DNA from: Takakia lepidozioides
Taxonomy: Eukaryota; Plantae; Bryophyta
DNA length: 64,000 bases
Assembly (NCBI GenBank): GCA_030704615.1
Contig: CM060733.1
Span: 15,314,001 to 15,378,000 of the forward strand
Direction of reading: 5' to 3'
Shown: positions 12,509 through 25,680 of the stretch, piece by piece
How the letters are laid out: every line of letters begins with the position of its first letter
Numbering within the stretch: the first letter of the stretch is position 1
Position numbers and translations under genes: made by a program
Notes under the pieces: model-generated
Told to the model about the DNA's origin: nothing
Database searches by the model: none
Seen by the model: only the letters and a program-made list of their open reading frames with translations

Positions 12509-15442
12509 GTGAAGATGAGGGAGGAATGGAACCCTTGGTATACGGCAATCCCGAACTCTGTTAGTGCCACTGGTAGTGTTGAGTGCAACCTATGTGGATT
12601 AAAGCTTTCTTATCGTAAGGATCGGTTGCTCGCTCACCTCGGTTATAAAGGTGTGAAGAGCGATGGGGTGGGTTTATGCCCCAAAGCATCTATGCGGGTA
12701 AAAAGCCACTTTGCCCAGTGTGGATGCAATATTTTAATGTCTTTGGATCTGGACATGACCTCTGAGCAGAACACTCCATCTTCCCGTCAGGATGCCCCGA
12801 TTAGTACCCAGGGCGACTCTTGTGAGGCTTCGGGTATCCTTGGACAAGTGGGTTGTGCCGGAGCAACACCTGCTTCAACACCTCTTTGTACCCCTATACT
12901 TCAACGGAGTAGAGGATTACGGCAGCAATTCATACAAGAAGGTCTTAACTTGTCTGCGAAAAGACAGTTGGATAAAAAATGGGCGCAGTTTTTCTTCGAT
13001 GCCAACATACCATTTAATGTGGCAAGGCTTCCGGCATTTGTTTTTGCCGTTAGAGCAACCTCGGAGTCCAGATCCACGTACGTGCCTCCGACATATCACA
13101 ATCTCCGTACAGGATTGCTAGAAGACGTCATGACCGAGCTTACCCAAAAGGTCAACGATAAAACGGACGAGTGCATCAGAAAATATGGAAGCACTATATG
13201 TGCCGATGGTTGGAGTTCTGTCACAAACAGACCGTTGTTCAATGTCATGCTCATATGTCCAGCTGGGGAACAATTCTTGGGATTGGTCGACACTAGCGGC
13301 GAGAAGAAAGATGAACGTTATTGATGTCATCTATTGACGGACTTCATTGAACAGGTCGGAAGTGATAGAATCGTGCAAATATGCACAGACAATGCCGCTA
13401 ACATGAGAAACACTGCAGACATGTTGTGGCACGTTATCCCCATATGTACTATCAAGGTTGTGCTGCTCATATCCTTGACCTCCTTTTGGAAGATTGGGGG
13501 AAAGAACAGTGGGTGAAACAACTTGTCAAGCGAGCGAAGACTGTTGTGTCGTTCATCCGCACACACCACATCCCTTTGGCAATATATAGGAGGCACAAAC
13601 CCAAATACAGCCTCCGCAATCTAAGCGAAACTCGTTTTGTCACTAACTTCTTGATGGTGGATCGGTTGGTGATCATGAAGAGCAGTCTGGAACACACCAT
13701 CATCGATCCTCAATGGGATGCGTACACACGGACATTGCGGGACTCCAGAAAAGCCAAGTCATTGGGCAAAAGTCGAAAAGTTCGAAATAGCATTCGCAGC
13801 GATGAATTCTGGAAGAAATGTGAAAACTTTGTTTATATGGTTGAACCGGTGTTAATCGTCTTGCGGGAGTTTGATGGAAAGCAACCAGTAATGGGCAAGG
13901 CATGGTTACTAATGCAAAATCTTGATAAGCACGTCCAATCCTTGAGGCATCCTCCCTTCTCCTTGGAATCTGAACTTGCGGACAGTGCTGAGGATGCATT
14001 TTACGACCGTTCGATGGTTCGAACGGACTTGCATTATGTGGGGGCTTTGCTCAATCCATTCTTGCTCGACAATACCATGCTCCGAGACGACGCTGATGCC
14101 AAGGCCGGCCTCATACGAGTGCTCATGCGACTGGCTCCGCCGAACCATGCAGAGAGAGTTATATCCGAGTACCAATGCTTCTCAGATTCGCCGCGACCCT
14201 TTTGAGGACATGCCGAATCCAAAAGAACTCAATATACTGCCAAATGAATGGTGGGATCTGATTGGAGCTGGAGCAAGAACATTGGCTCTCATTGCGAAGC
14301 GTATTCTTCGCAACAGGTTGAATCCCGTGAGGGCTGACAAATTGGTGTACGTGTATACAAATTGCCGACTGCTACGTGAGAGGGCAGCGGATGATGCTGC
14401 AGCATGGTATTAGAGGAATTTACATTCTGAAGACTCTGCTTCTGAGGCTAATTCGATGAGTGACGATACTGAGCATCAGAGATAATCATCTCAGAGGGAA
14501 TCATCTGCCTCCGATAATGAAGATGGATCCGATGATGCTCCCGAAAATGCGTATGACCCGTTTACATTCAGAGATGATGATGCTTATATCCAGCCGACCT
14601 TTGATGACCTTCTTGAAGAAGTGCGTATCGCAGATGAAGGTGAAGCTGCAATTGTGTCATCCCCAGAACATGGTCCTCAAAATGAAGTTGGGGTCCACCA
14701 TCGCCCCCCACTACACGCTGAAGCCACCGGTAGTGCCACAATGGAGCTTAGGGTGATGTACTGCCAAGACCGATCGACGTACGCAACCCTGTTCATACAA
14801 ACGATGGTGTCGAACCCATTGTACAGTCGACGGGACGGTATCATGCCTCACCGATACGACCAGCTCAACCACAATGCCAAAACCGATCCAGCTCCTCATC
14901 AACACAGCGGGCATTAAGGAGCAACAGGGTTGATCTGTTTTCCACACGCATGCATCATTCTGCTTCATTGGACCGGGCGGAAGTTGAAGCCTCGGATGAT
15001 GACAACCTGTCACTACAATTACACCTTAACCGACGTGTTGCGCAGCAGACCCGTGGTTCCTCACATGTCGGACCATCTAATGCCGATCCATCTCGGGCAG
15101 TTCCCCCTCCGGTACCTCCTTCGAGACCACCTTCGATTGCGTCCCAAGTCCATAAACAACAGAGAACAGTCCAACCTTTTGTAGGCGATCGACCTACAAA
15201 CATCAGATACCGTGGATGATATTCAAGACCGGAGCGGGAGTCGACCTCAGAGAGAACTAAATGTGGTTCAAGGTCGCTTGCAGATTCAAAGGCCTGGACA
15301 TATGAGGTCGGATAGGGAGGACGATTCCAGCACTGATCATGGTAACGGTGGTGAAGTCGAGGGTGACCCGGATTTTCAACCCATCGGAGCATTAGGATTA
15401 AGATCTTCTTCGTCCCGTCGTCGAAGCAGTAGAAGGAATTGA
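12509..15442 (+). pseudogene. hAT transposase (BED-type Zn finger, DUF659, hAT dimerisation region, acidic tail), disrupted
   Basis: CNLC...HLG...C zinc finger; GSTICADGWS...RPLFNVML; VQICTDNAAN; CAAHILDLLLED; TRFVTNFLM; WWDLIG; RNRL...DKLVYVYTN. Frameshifts near 13320, 13425 and 14200. The catalytic-Glu segment between AKRIL and RNRL is deleted. The 3' end is approximate. Confidence 0.92.
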
Positions 15443-15716
15443 AGCAAAACAGCTGTAAGCATGCATCAGCACTTTTTAGTGGACATGTTTATATTTCTGT
15501 ACTGATATAATACCAATATGATCATTGTCACTATGAGTATTTGTATTGCTGTTGAGTATGTGTTGAAAAATAAAAGATGTTGCACATGTGTATATCAGCC
15601 AAAATGTCGGCCAAAGGCCCCGTCACTTGTTCATGTTTGTGTTCGGTGATTTACTTGTGGAATGGAGAACAATTGTGCCATGCTTCCAACTGTGCATTCA
15701 TTTTTATTTAAATGGA

Positions 15717-17030
15717 GCGACCGCCAAGGTGGCGGTCGATTCTACGAGATCTGCCCTCCGCGTGGAGCGAGGAATGAGGAGGGGGGGGGGGGGGGGGGGC
15801 ATATAAGCTCCCAGTTATTATTTTGGAAATGAAGCGACCGCAGATTGGCGGTTGTTTTTTTGTTTTTTTGGATCAAAATGGAGTGACCGCCATTAGGGGC
15901 GGTCGCCGTTATTGTTGTTTTTTGTAATTGCAACGACCGCCATTAGTGGCGGTCGCTTTTATTGAAATTTGGTTGGAAATGGAGCGACCGCCATTTATGG
16001 TGGTCGCTTGAATTTTCATTGTTTTGAAAATGAAAATGGAACGACTGCCAAGGTGGCGGTCGCTTCTACGAAGTGTGCCCTACGCATGGAAAGAGGAGTG
16101 AGGCGGGGGAAAAGGGGCCAAATAACCTCCGAGACATTCTCCCCTCACTTCGCTTGAAGTTCTTTTTTGTTTTTATAAATGCAGCGACCGCCATTACTGA
16201 CGGTCGTTTTTTTTCTTTTTTTTGGCGATTTGGAGTGACTGCCATTTGTGGCGGTCGTTTTTTTTTGTTTTTAAATGGAGCGACCGCCATGGTGGCGGTC
16301 GCTGTAATGGTTATTTCTTAAGATGCAGCGACCGCCATTACTGGCGGTCGCTTTTATTTGAAAATGAAGCGACCGTCTATGTTGGCGGTCGTTTATTTAT
16401 TTTAAATGTTTTGAAAATGAAGCGACCGCCCATGCTGACGGTCGCTTATTTATTTTAAATTGTGTTTAAATGAAGCGACCGCCTATGTTGGCGGTCGTTT
16501 TTTTTTTATAAAGTTTTTGAAAATGAAGCGACCGCCTATATTGGCGGTCGCTTATTTATTTTAAATGTTTTGAAAATGAACCGACTGCCATTGCTGGCGG
16601 TCACTTATTTATTTATTTTTTAAATTAAATGAAGCGACCGCCTATGTTGGCGGTCGGTTTTTTTGTTTTAAAGTTTTTGAAAATGAAGCGACCGTCTATG
16701 TTGGCGGTCGCTTATTTATTTTAAATGTTTTGAAAATGAAGCGACCGCCCATGCTGGCGGTCGCTTATTTATTTTAAATTGTTTTTAAATGAAGCGACCG
16801 CCTATGTTGACGGTCGTTTTTTTTTTTAAAGTTTTTGAAAATGAAGCGACCGCCTATGTTGGCGGTCGCTTATTTATTTTAAATTTCTTTAAATGATCGA
16901 CCGCCTATGTTGGCGGTTTTTTTTTTTTTTTTTCCGGAAAATGGAGCGACCGCTAGTTCTGGCGGTCGCTTATTTTTTTATTTTCCGGAAAATCGAACGA
17001 CCACCAAGTTGGCAGTCGCTTCTAGAAGAT
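15717..17030. repeat. Internal GCGACCGCC palindrome array with three copies of a promoter-like module
   Basis: Same motif as the terminal arrays. Module ...CTTCTA..GCCCT.C.CGTGG...GAGG.GGGG recurs at ~15717, ~16041 and ~16997; TATAAG follows copies 1 and 3. Confidence 0.88.
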
Positions 17031-17391
17031 TCGCCCTGCACGTGGCCCGAGAAATGAGGAGGGGGAGGGATATAAGCCAAGGGAGGCTTACTCTCCTCTC
17101 ACTTCCTCTCCACACAACTTCTGTGTGCGTGACATTTCATTATTTCACGACACGTAGTCACGTGGAGAAGAAGGCCATTGGTTGGGTGGGGGGTATTTTT
17201 TGCCGCGATTTCTGTAAGGTCGTTGCAGAATGCTCCCATAGGCCCTCATGTGGTTTCCATGATCATTTTATTCTACAAAATTAGCTTTTAGGAACTATTT
17301 TCACACATACTCAAACCTATTTAACGGGGGAAGGGTTTAGAGTTACGTCTTTTTAGAAAACCTCGTTTAGTGTTGCTCCGATTGTTGTAGA

Positions 17392-19315
17392 ATGGCAGAG
17401 GGCCAGGACGATGACCGTCATGGAAGAGATGACCCCAATGAACATGGACCGTCCCCTAAGAAAATCAAATGGTCAAGGCAAGACTTGAGTTGGGAAGTAT
17501 TTGGTGATCCTAGCATACTAGCAGAAGAGGGCTGGGAGGATGTTCCGGAAGAATTCCGATGGCCGATGGCGAGATGCAAAAAATTCGTGAAATGGTACTA
17601 CATCAATCGATTGTGGTCTTTGGATAGATATGACGTGCAAACTCGAAACAATTACGCAGAGTCCAGGTCTTGCACGAACTTGCATTTCCAGCATATGACG
17701 AATGAGGTGCATTGCACATTGTGGGGTCAACCTCTTTTAAAAGGTCAAAATCCCGTACACCTTGGCAGCCATGTTGTACGTGGAGGTCATACTCTTGCGT
17801 CCAGTGAATTGGCAAACTGCTAGTAGGAAGAACGTAAGGTTGCTATACGATTTGGAGTACATCCCGGATACGTTCAGAATACAACCGGCTGCAACGTTAG
17901 AGGAACAACTAGCGGAAAGAGACCAGCGAATCAGGACCCTGCAGGACCGACTAGACTGACAAACACTACGCATAGCCGAGTTGGAAGCTAGATGCAAGAC
18001 CTGCCTCCAAACAATGAAGGCACTGTTATCCACAATGAGGTACGAACAAAAGTCGTGGACATGGACGCGGAGTTTGCGATGCCCAATCGCAGTATTGACC
18101 TCATCATTCAAGAAGTTACGGACGTCCTTGATCCTGTGGCCGCTGAAACCATGGTTGAGGAACAGCGAATTGTGGATGAGAAAAGGAGGAAAAGAAAAGA
18201 ACCAGTACTAGAAACCGGGGAATGCTCGAGGGTCGCCATTCAATCGGAGATGAACCCGTTATTAGATGTCGACCGCGTTACAAAGGAACGGGACATTGCC
18301 ATGGCAACTGCATGGCGCTTGTCCAAAACGCTGGAGATTCAGGCACGGGTTCCATTGAATCGGGAGAATTGGGTACAATGGGTAACCCATTTGGCCTCCA
18401 GAGAAGCACGGGTAGAGCGGGCACTGTCAGGCTTACAACGTGTCGCACGCATGTCGAACCGTAGCGTGGATAGCATTTATGCCAACATGCAAAGGTATAA
18501 CGATCTTTGCATCGCATCAAGCGTGTTCGTCGGGTATACCAATTGGGTTAAATGTGGATTATATGTTCAATCGATGTGATCACAGAATTTCAGGGTCGAA
18601 CAGAAGCATAAACTAGGAATTGGAGATAGAGGAAGAGTGGGACACCACAACAAGGATGACTAGCCACATCAAACCGGCCCAGAGGGAGGAGATACCACGA
18701 GGCGTTTTGCCATCATGGATATCAGATGGCATAGTTTGTTCGATGTGTAGGAATCCATACGGCCCAGAGGGATGTCATGTGCTTGGATCATGTGGACATA
18801 TGTTCCATCTCACATGTCTTATCCCGCAAGCCTTGCGGACGAGCGCTAGCCCAGAATGTCGTACACCAATCCATCACCATTTCTATGAGCTGGAGGGCTT
18901 GGAGGATCGGATGCCCATACGTTTTGAATACAATCGACATAATATCCCATTAGATGGGCTACCATACACATTTCTGAATTGTGTGCATTGGGGCAAGAAC
19001 TTGGTATGGGATGCAGACAGAGAGATGCATGGCATACATGCCGGAAACCCGGCATACATCAAAGATCCCCAGTATTTCTGGATCACATCTGATTGGGAGA
19101 TAACCATACGTGCGGGAGGCATTCGAGATTGGTGGGAGAGAGAGCAGTTTTGCCGCAATCTCGGAGGGCATTGGAGTCAAAGAAGGTCCAGGTTTATCCG
19201 GCTCCCACAGGTTCCATGGGTGCCGGAGGAGAACGAATTGTATGACCAAGAACCGATTGGGAAACATTTGTTGCTGTCCGAACTGGAAGATGCTATAATA
19301 GTCAACGCCGAATGA
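17392..19315 (+). pseudogene. Cargo gene: coiled-coil plus RING-H2 protein, frameshifted
   Basis: ORFs 17392-17823, 17762-17959, 17992-18579 and 18620-19315 chain by frameshifts. Coiled coil LEEQLAERDQRIRTLQDRLD. RING-H2 CSMC...CGHMFHLTC...SPEC (7th ligand Cys>Ser). G-box at 17039 and TATAAG at 17071 upstream. Confidence 0.75.
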
Positions 19316-20479
19316 ATGATGCGTACGAGGCGGCTTATCGTCGAAACGACACAATGATTAGGGACAGGGCCCGCGAGAGGCAGTTGGAAAGTTTCAAAAG
19401 TACCATCAAGACAGTTGTAGAGAAATAGAGGCGATTATGGACAGACCGTTATCATCGTGTTTCGGGGGCTGTATTGCCGGATGTGGACCATCACTGTGTT
19501 TTCCAACAATATTCAAGGTACAACAAAAATACATATTATATATGTACTACGCTGCCAGTCATTAAAAGCCTAGTCGTCACTGTCCGAGGATGTGGAATTT
19601 GATGTTGTGGCCTGATTTGCACTGCCAATTGCCAGAGCTTGCGACCGTGATCTCGTGGTCAATGAGGGGCCCAATGACATGCGATCAATTTCTGGCCTGC
19701 ATCCGCCTACTTCGCGGCGAAAGTTGACTTTCTTCTTCACTCTCACGACGTGACGGAGGTGGATCGAGAACAAGTGCTCGGGCTACATGCAAATCGGAGA
19801 AGCGTTTTTTTTCATATTTACACTCGTGTGATGGGGAAGAAGTAGTTCACCCTGTAAACAAATTTACAATGGTGTCATATTTGGTCATGACGTGTATATG
19901 GGTTTCAAGTGGCGAACATTTCCGCCATGTTGATGTGATACCATTTCACAAATATATCATATCGCATTTGTGAAAATGTATCACATGAACCGTTCCATGT
20001 GGCCTACGGGAGTCTTCGATGGGTACGAGATCAATGTGGCCTACGAGAACTGCTTCCACCAACAAACATGTGATCATTTCAGAAGTGCTAGAACTTTGAA
20101 GCGACGATAGGCAAGGTTCTTCATCCAAATGTTCAACATGTTGAGGTCTTCTGTAATGTCTATTACTTCGTAATGAGGTGCTTCTCCAACTCTTATTTTT
20201 CCAATGCTAATATCTTCGATCTGGAACATATCCACACATGCGTATATAACTTTTTTTTTTAAATGACCATCAAAACTGGAAGCTGGGGATGAGGCTCATA
20301 AAAGTTGAGATGGTCATTTGTTTTTTTAAGGATTTCTGCACACGTATGTGGATCTGTTCCAGGTGGAGCATATTAACATATTGGATAAAGTGGACATGGA
20401 GAAGCACCGCATTACGAGGCAGGAGACACTACAAAAAAAACTTCAAATGGCATACCATGTAACAGGTTCCAGTATAACC

Positions 20480-21870
20480 GAAGACGAAACCCCATTCATT
20501 CAATGGGCGATTGAATATTTGCCCATCCAAATGATTTTCGTTTGCTTTCAATCTTTGTCACTATATTCAACATACCATGTATCAGGTCCAGGACTAATAT
20601 CAGATCAATCGAAATTCATTCGATGGCTCAACGGATGGTTGGCCATCGAAATGATTTTGGTTCGCTTTGAGACTTGGCCACTATATTCAATGTGCCATGT
20701 AAGAGGCCCCAGAGTAATATGAGATCAATCGAAATTTGTTCAATGGGCCAACGGATGGTTGCCCATCCAAATGATTTTCGTTCGCTTTGAAACTTGGCGA
20801 GTGTGTTCAATGTACCCTCTGATACGTCCCAGTGTAATACGAGATCAATCAAAAATTGTTCAATTGTCCAATGAGGCGTTCACTTGTCATCTGGTTTTTG
20901 TTCAATGCGAAAAAAAAATCCTGCAATGCGTGCACGGCTATTGCACCCATTGAACGGATGTGGTTGAAGCCCCTCTTTTGCCCGCATGTGCTTGAACATG
21001 TGTGCGACACATGTGCGGAGACACAACAGACGAATAAATCATTTGCCTCCCCATCGATGCACTTCCCCCTCAAGCCATTCCACAATTTAATTGAATTTTA
21101 ATTTATTTTTAAGCCAATAAATAGGTTTGCACTGCCTTTCAGTGGGGGTTTCTGGCACGTATCGATTTTATTTTTGGCTCAATTTTGTTCTGCGGCTTCC
21201 AGCATCCCACGGCTACTCCCCCGCCAAAATTTGGACCAATAAAAAATGCCCCAAAAAAAAAATGTTCTCTTCGCTCACTATTGCAAAACTCTCTATGAAG
21301 AGTGCATGAAGTAGAACACAAATCAAGTTTGGAGTGCAAAACAGGGAAGAAACTGTGGTTTTGGGTCCAAATGAATTTTGATCGCTTCCAAATTTGACAC
21401 GCACGTTGCATATGGCTACATTACACGCCCCATTTAAAAACGGAATGAAAAAAAAATTGTGAACACGCGAAACACAGTCCAACAAGTCCCAAAGCAATAG
21501 CAGCTCCAACAAAATACATTCAACGGGTGAACGGATGGTTACCCATCCAAATCATTTTTGTTAGCTTCCAAACTTTGCCAGCACGTTCCAGACACCCTCT
21601 CACAGGTCCCGGACTAATATCAGATCAATCGAAATTCATTCGATGGCTCAACGGATGGTTGGCCATCGAAATGATTTTGGTTCGCTTTGAGACTTGGCCA
21701 CTATGTTCAATGTGCCATGTAAGAGGCCCCAGAGTAATATGAGTTCAATCGAAATTTGTTCAATGGGCCAACGGATGGTTGCCCATCCAAATCATTTTCG
21801 TTCGCTTTGAAACTTGGCGAGTGTGTTCAATGTACCCTCTGATACGTCCCAGTGTAATATGAGATCAATT
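20480..21870. repeat. 120-bp tandem units, duplicated as a block 1020 bp apart
   Basis: GATCAATCGAAATT...TTCGCTTTGA.ACTTGGC units at 20603 and 20723, repeated almost identically at 21623 and 21743. Confidence 0.85.
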
Positions 21871-23836
21871 GAAATTATTTTGTGCTTTGAGAACTTTGTG
21901 GGTATGTTCATAGAAATATCATAGATTTTGTGAAATGATTATGAAATACACAGGGACCAGGCAAAATTTGTTTGGACCCGGACCGTTCGTAACTCGTTAT
22001 AATTTATTTATTAACATCAATTTTCCTTGTTCTCCAGCTTTCGGAGTTTTCGAAGGTCATTCTCTGGACTATTTAACTGACAGTGTCAATCCACTCATAG
22101 CTATCTACAGGATACATATCAAAATTGAGAATTTTCACAGCACTGATTGTACTTGGCTAGCGTCTGTGTTGTAATCACTGAGTCTACGCAAGCAATCAGG
22201 TGTGACCATGACTAGGGATCAGCTTAGCTCAAAAGTTCGTGGGAAGAAGCTGCAGCCCTCACTTACATCAAAGTACATTCACGGCCAAGAATATTTTGGG
22301 TTTAGGAGCACCCCATCGCCGACAAATGCACCATCCTCTTAGCGAAAAATCTGGTTTCCGTGCTTTCAATACCCACGAGCTTTGCACCCTCGGCCCTTCA
22401 TAAATATAGGCACCAAATAAATATAGGCATAGTACACTCTTCATTAAAAAGAGAAAAAAAGAAAATGCGGCACGCCAACTGAAGAAAATCGCCAAGGCCG
22501 ATTGCAGCAGAATTCCCAAATCTCATTTTCCCATTTTCTCGTCATTCTCCAGCACCACCTGTGACCATCAACACCACCAGCTCACGTCTCCTCATCGAAG
22601 TCCACCCCATGGTACCTGCGATGACATCAACAATCAACTGCCAAAAAACCGGATCACAACGGCTGGGATTCCTCCTCGTTGGTCTGAATTTGGACAAAGA
22701 ATTGCGAATCTAGGCTTGAAAGTAGAGATTTTTCTTTGATGAACCGGATGTTGCAGGCTGCAGTCTGCAGTCTGCAGCTCAGTCACTACCAAACCCTAAA
22801 GACTTCCTTCAGTTCTCTTCCTCTTTTTTTGAGAGCGGTACAGGTCGTTGTGACTGTTTCTTTATGTAGCATTGGAAAAATTGTTATATGCTCTGTACTT
22901 CCGAATTCCGTATCAGCCACCAGGGACATGAAACCAAGAACTTCGCACAAAATCTCCAATTCATTCAATTTATGGTGGGCCATGGTTACAGCCTGCAAGC
23001 TGGCCGGGGTGGCTGATACGTCCGTTTAAACATGACAGTCTCAGAGGCCACAGAATTCAGCTAGAGGAACAACAATAGCATGAAACACCTTACCGTAAAT
23101 ATGCTTGTTGACATTGGTTGTGACAGCTCCAATCAATAGAGAACTCGCACCATCAGTTGCGCTCCAACAGCAGTACCGGTCCCCCGAGTAAATAAAATTC
23201 CGTTGTAAATAATAAATTGCATACGCTCGAACCTCACAAATGTCATTTCAACAAAACCGGCCGTGTATTGTGGCACTGTTTGTAACTGCAAATGTTTCAA
23301 TGTTTCTGACAGGGTATTGAGAAAATGATATATTGGATCCATATGAATTAGACAACAAACATTCCATATCTCATTCAACTGTGCGATACTACCATGAGTG
23401 ACATGGATAAAAAAGTAATAGGTGTACATGTGACCTCCGCACGTTTAAGTAGAGACCTAGTATCAAACGTTCGGAGGTCGCATGTGTACCTATTACTTTC
23501 CGATCTATGCCTCTCATGGTAGTGTCGCACAGTTGAATGAAAGGAGACGTTTGTTGTCTAATTCCTACGAAACTAATACATCGTTTTCTCATAACCCTAT
23601 CCGAAACCTTGGAACATTACAAATATAAACAGTGAGCCAGTACACAAACAATTTATGTTGCGATGACATGTGTTAGGGTCGAGCATATGCAATGTAGTAT
23701 TTACAATGAGACTTTATTTATTACATGCACGATCAAAATTGAGTTATGTCTTCATAAAAGAACCATTGTACCGCCAGAAATCTCATATCTACGAGACTAT
23801 GGTATACTCCGTCCTATATACGTCTTTCGGCTCAGG

Positions 23837-25238
23837 CTAATTGAATGGCTTGCCCATGAACCAAAGTACTACATAGGCTAATGTGACTCTCTCATTCTTG
23901 TTGTTGTCGTACAACCTTTGTAGCATTGAATGCCAACAACCTCCCGTAAATTGGTCCTGGAACATATTTTGATCATAATGAGTGCCGCCATTTATTCGTA
24001 CCGCTATCTTTCCAATGGCAAAGGCCTCTGACGTCATGTCCTTTGGGGGGGAGGGGGGGGGGGGGTGACATTCGCATTAAAACCGATGCAATATCTTTTT
24101 TCACCCACCATCTTTTCGCGAGTTCCCGGTCCAGCTTGTCTTGGTTTTCAAACTGGTACGGCGAGGCTTTGCGTATGCCCAATGGGGTGGCTAAGCCCCA
24201 ATCACACACCCCAATCTTGATCTCCTCGGTGCCATCTGGAAAATGCAACAAGATGTTGTCGGGGGACAAGTCGTTGTGCAGGACACCGTTCTTGTGGACA
24301 ACATCCATGATGCACACCAGTACCCATACAAGTTTACTGCGCACTTTCCCGAAGCAAGCGATCGCATTCCTGGAACTTTGTTTCCGTTCCCCTTTGTTCC
24401 AAAATCACCATGTTATCCGAATCGTTGCCCCATTTTCTGTCAAGGTTCATCATGTCACGTATTGTCCCCCCATTCCACCAGCGAGTGTAACCATCTACCT
24501 CACGTGCATTCACAGCAAAATACAAGATAACACCCGGATGCTGGAACTTTACTGCCAAACACTCGTTGTTATGTTGTCTCAACGCATTTTCTGGATTTTT
24601 GGACTTGGGTTTTTTTCCCGCTAGCTCCCAACGCTCCGGTATTCTAGAATTGCCAACAATCCTACAGTGACGGACCTTAGCATACCCTTCTTCTTTGTAA
24701 GGGCCAATCTCTACCACTTTCGCAGTAGAGTTCAGGTAATAAAGACCAGTTGTGCCTCCCCCGCCCGATGACCCTGCCTTCCAAGGGACAACCCTAGTCC
24801 GGCGATGTGAGTTCTGACTTGCCGATCAAGCCCAATACTCAACAAGCCGCATTAACTCAGCTTCGGCGGAGGGCACTCGACCCTCGGCCTCAAATTCCAC
24901 GTGGCGTCTTTCGCCCTGCTTTGGATCCACCGATTGAACTTCGGTTTGTCCCTGTCTGCCATCCACTTGGCCCCTGCCAAAGCGTTTGTCAATTTCCTCT
25001 CCATATTTTGCTGAAAAATCTGAAACCCCTCCCATCCATGCCTAACATAAGCACTCTCCAGCCTCATCATGTCCCTACCCTTGAAATAATCTGCTACCAC
25101 TTCTTTCACCCTATCCAAGGCATCCGGTCCCAGGTAGTTTGGCTTGTTGACCTGGCTATCCCGTTCGTGGGCACGTTTTCTCTTCCTCCGCCCCCCAGAC
25201 GATCCCGCCCCAGAACTTGAATTCACAACCCCCGACAT
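23837..25238 (-). pseudogene. Cargo gene: atypical protein kinase (HND / DWG motifs), frameshifted
   Basis: Gly-loop region YKEEGYAKV, ELAGKKPK, alphaC NNECLAV, HPGVI, catalytic loop VLHNDLSPDNILL, IGVCDWGLAT, SEAFAIG. N-terminal RRKRKR. TATATAAA at 25571-25564. Confidence 0.85.
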
Positions 25239-25680
25239 TGTATAAACCTTTGCCCAGTACAGGGTCCAAAACCTCAGAAAAATGGCAATGAACGTGTGTG
25301 GATGATGTCTTCGTAGTTTTCTGCAAAAAAACAGGCCGCCGGAGATCCGGAAACGGCAAAATGGTGATACGATGATTGTACCGTGAACAAGTGTGTGGGA
25401 CTGACCAATAGAAAACCAACAAAACCTCCCCCCCCCCCCCGAAATAATCACCTTTGCACCTCCCGTTGGCAGTGCCAAGCAACGAAGTCCGAAAGGACTA
25501 CATGATGCCAAGGAACCGCACCACAAGAGGGGCAAAAGTGATCAGAAAATGAGGGGGGAATGGTTTATATAGGCGCCCACTAGCCCGCCCCTCCCAAAAT
25601 GACATTATGCTTGAAAAGGCGCGACAGGCCAGTGGCGTTGAAACGTGGCGCGACTGGCCAGTTGCACCTCGCCACGCGCG

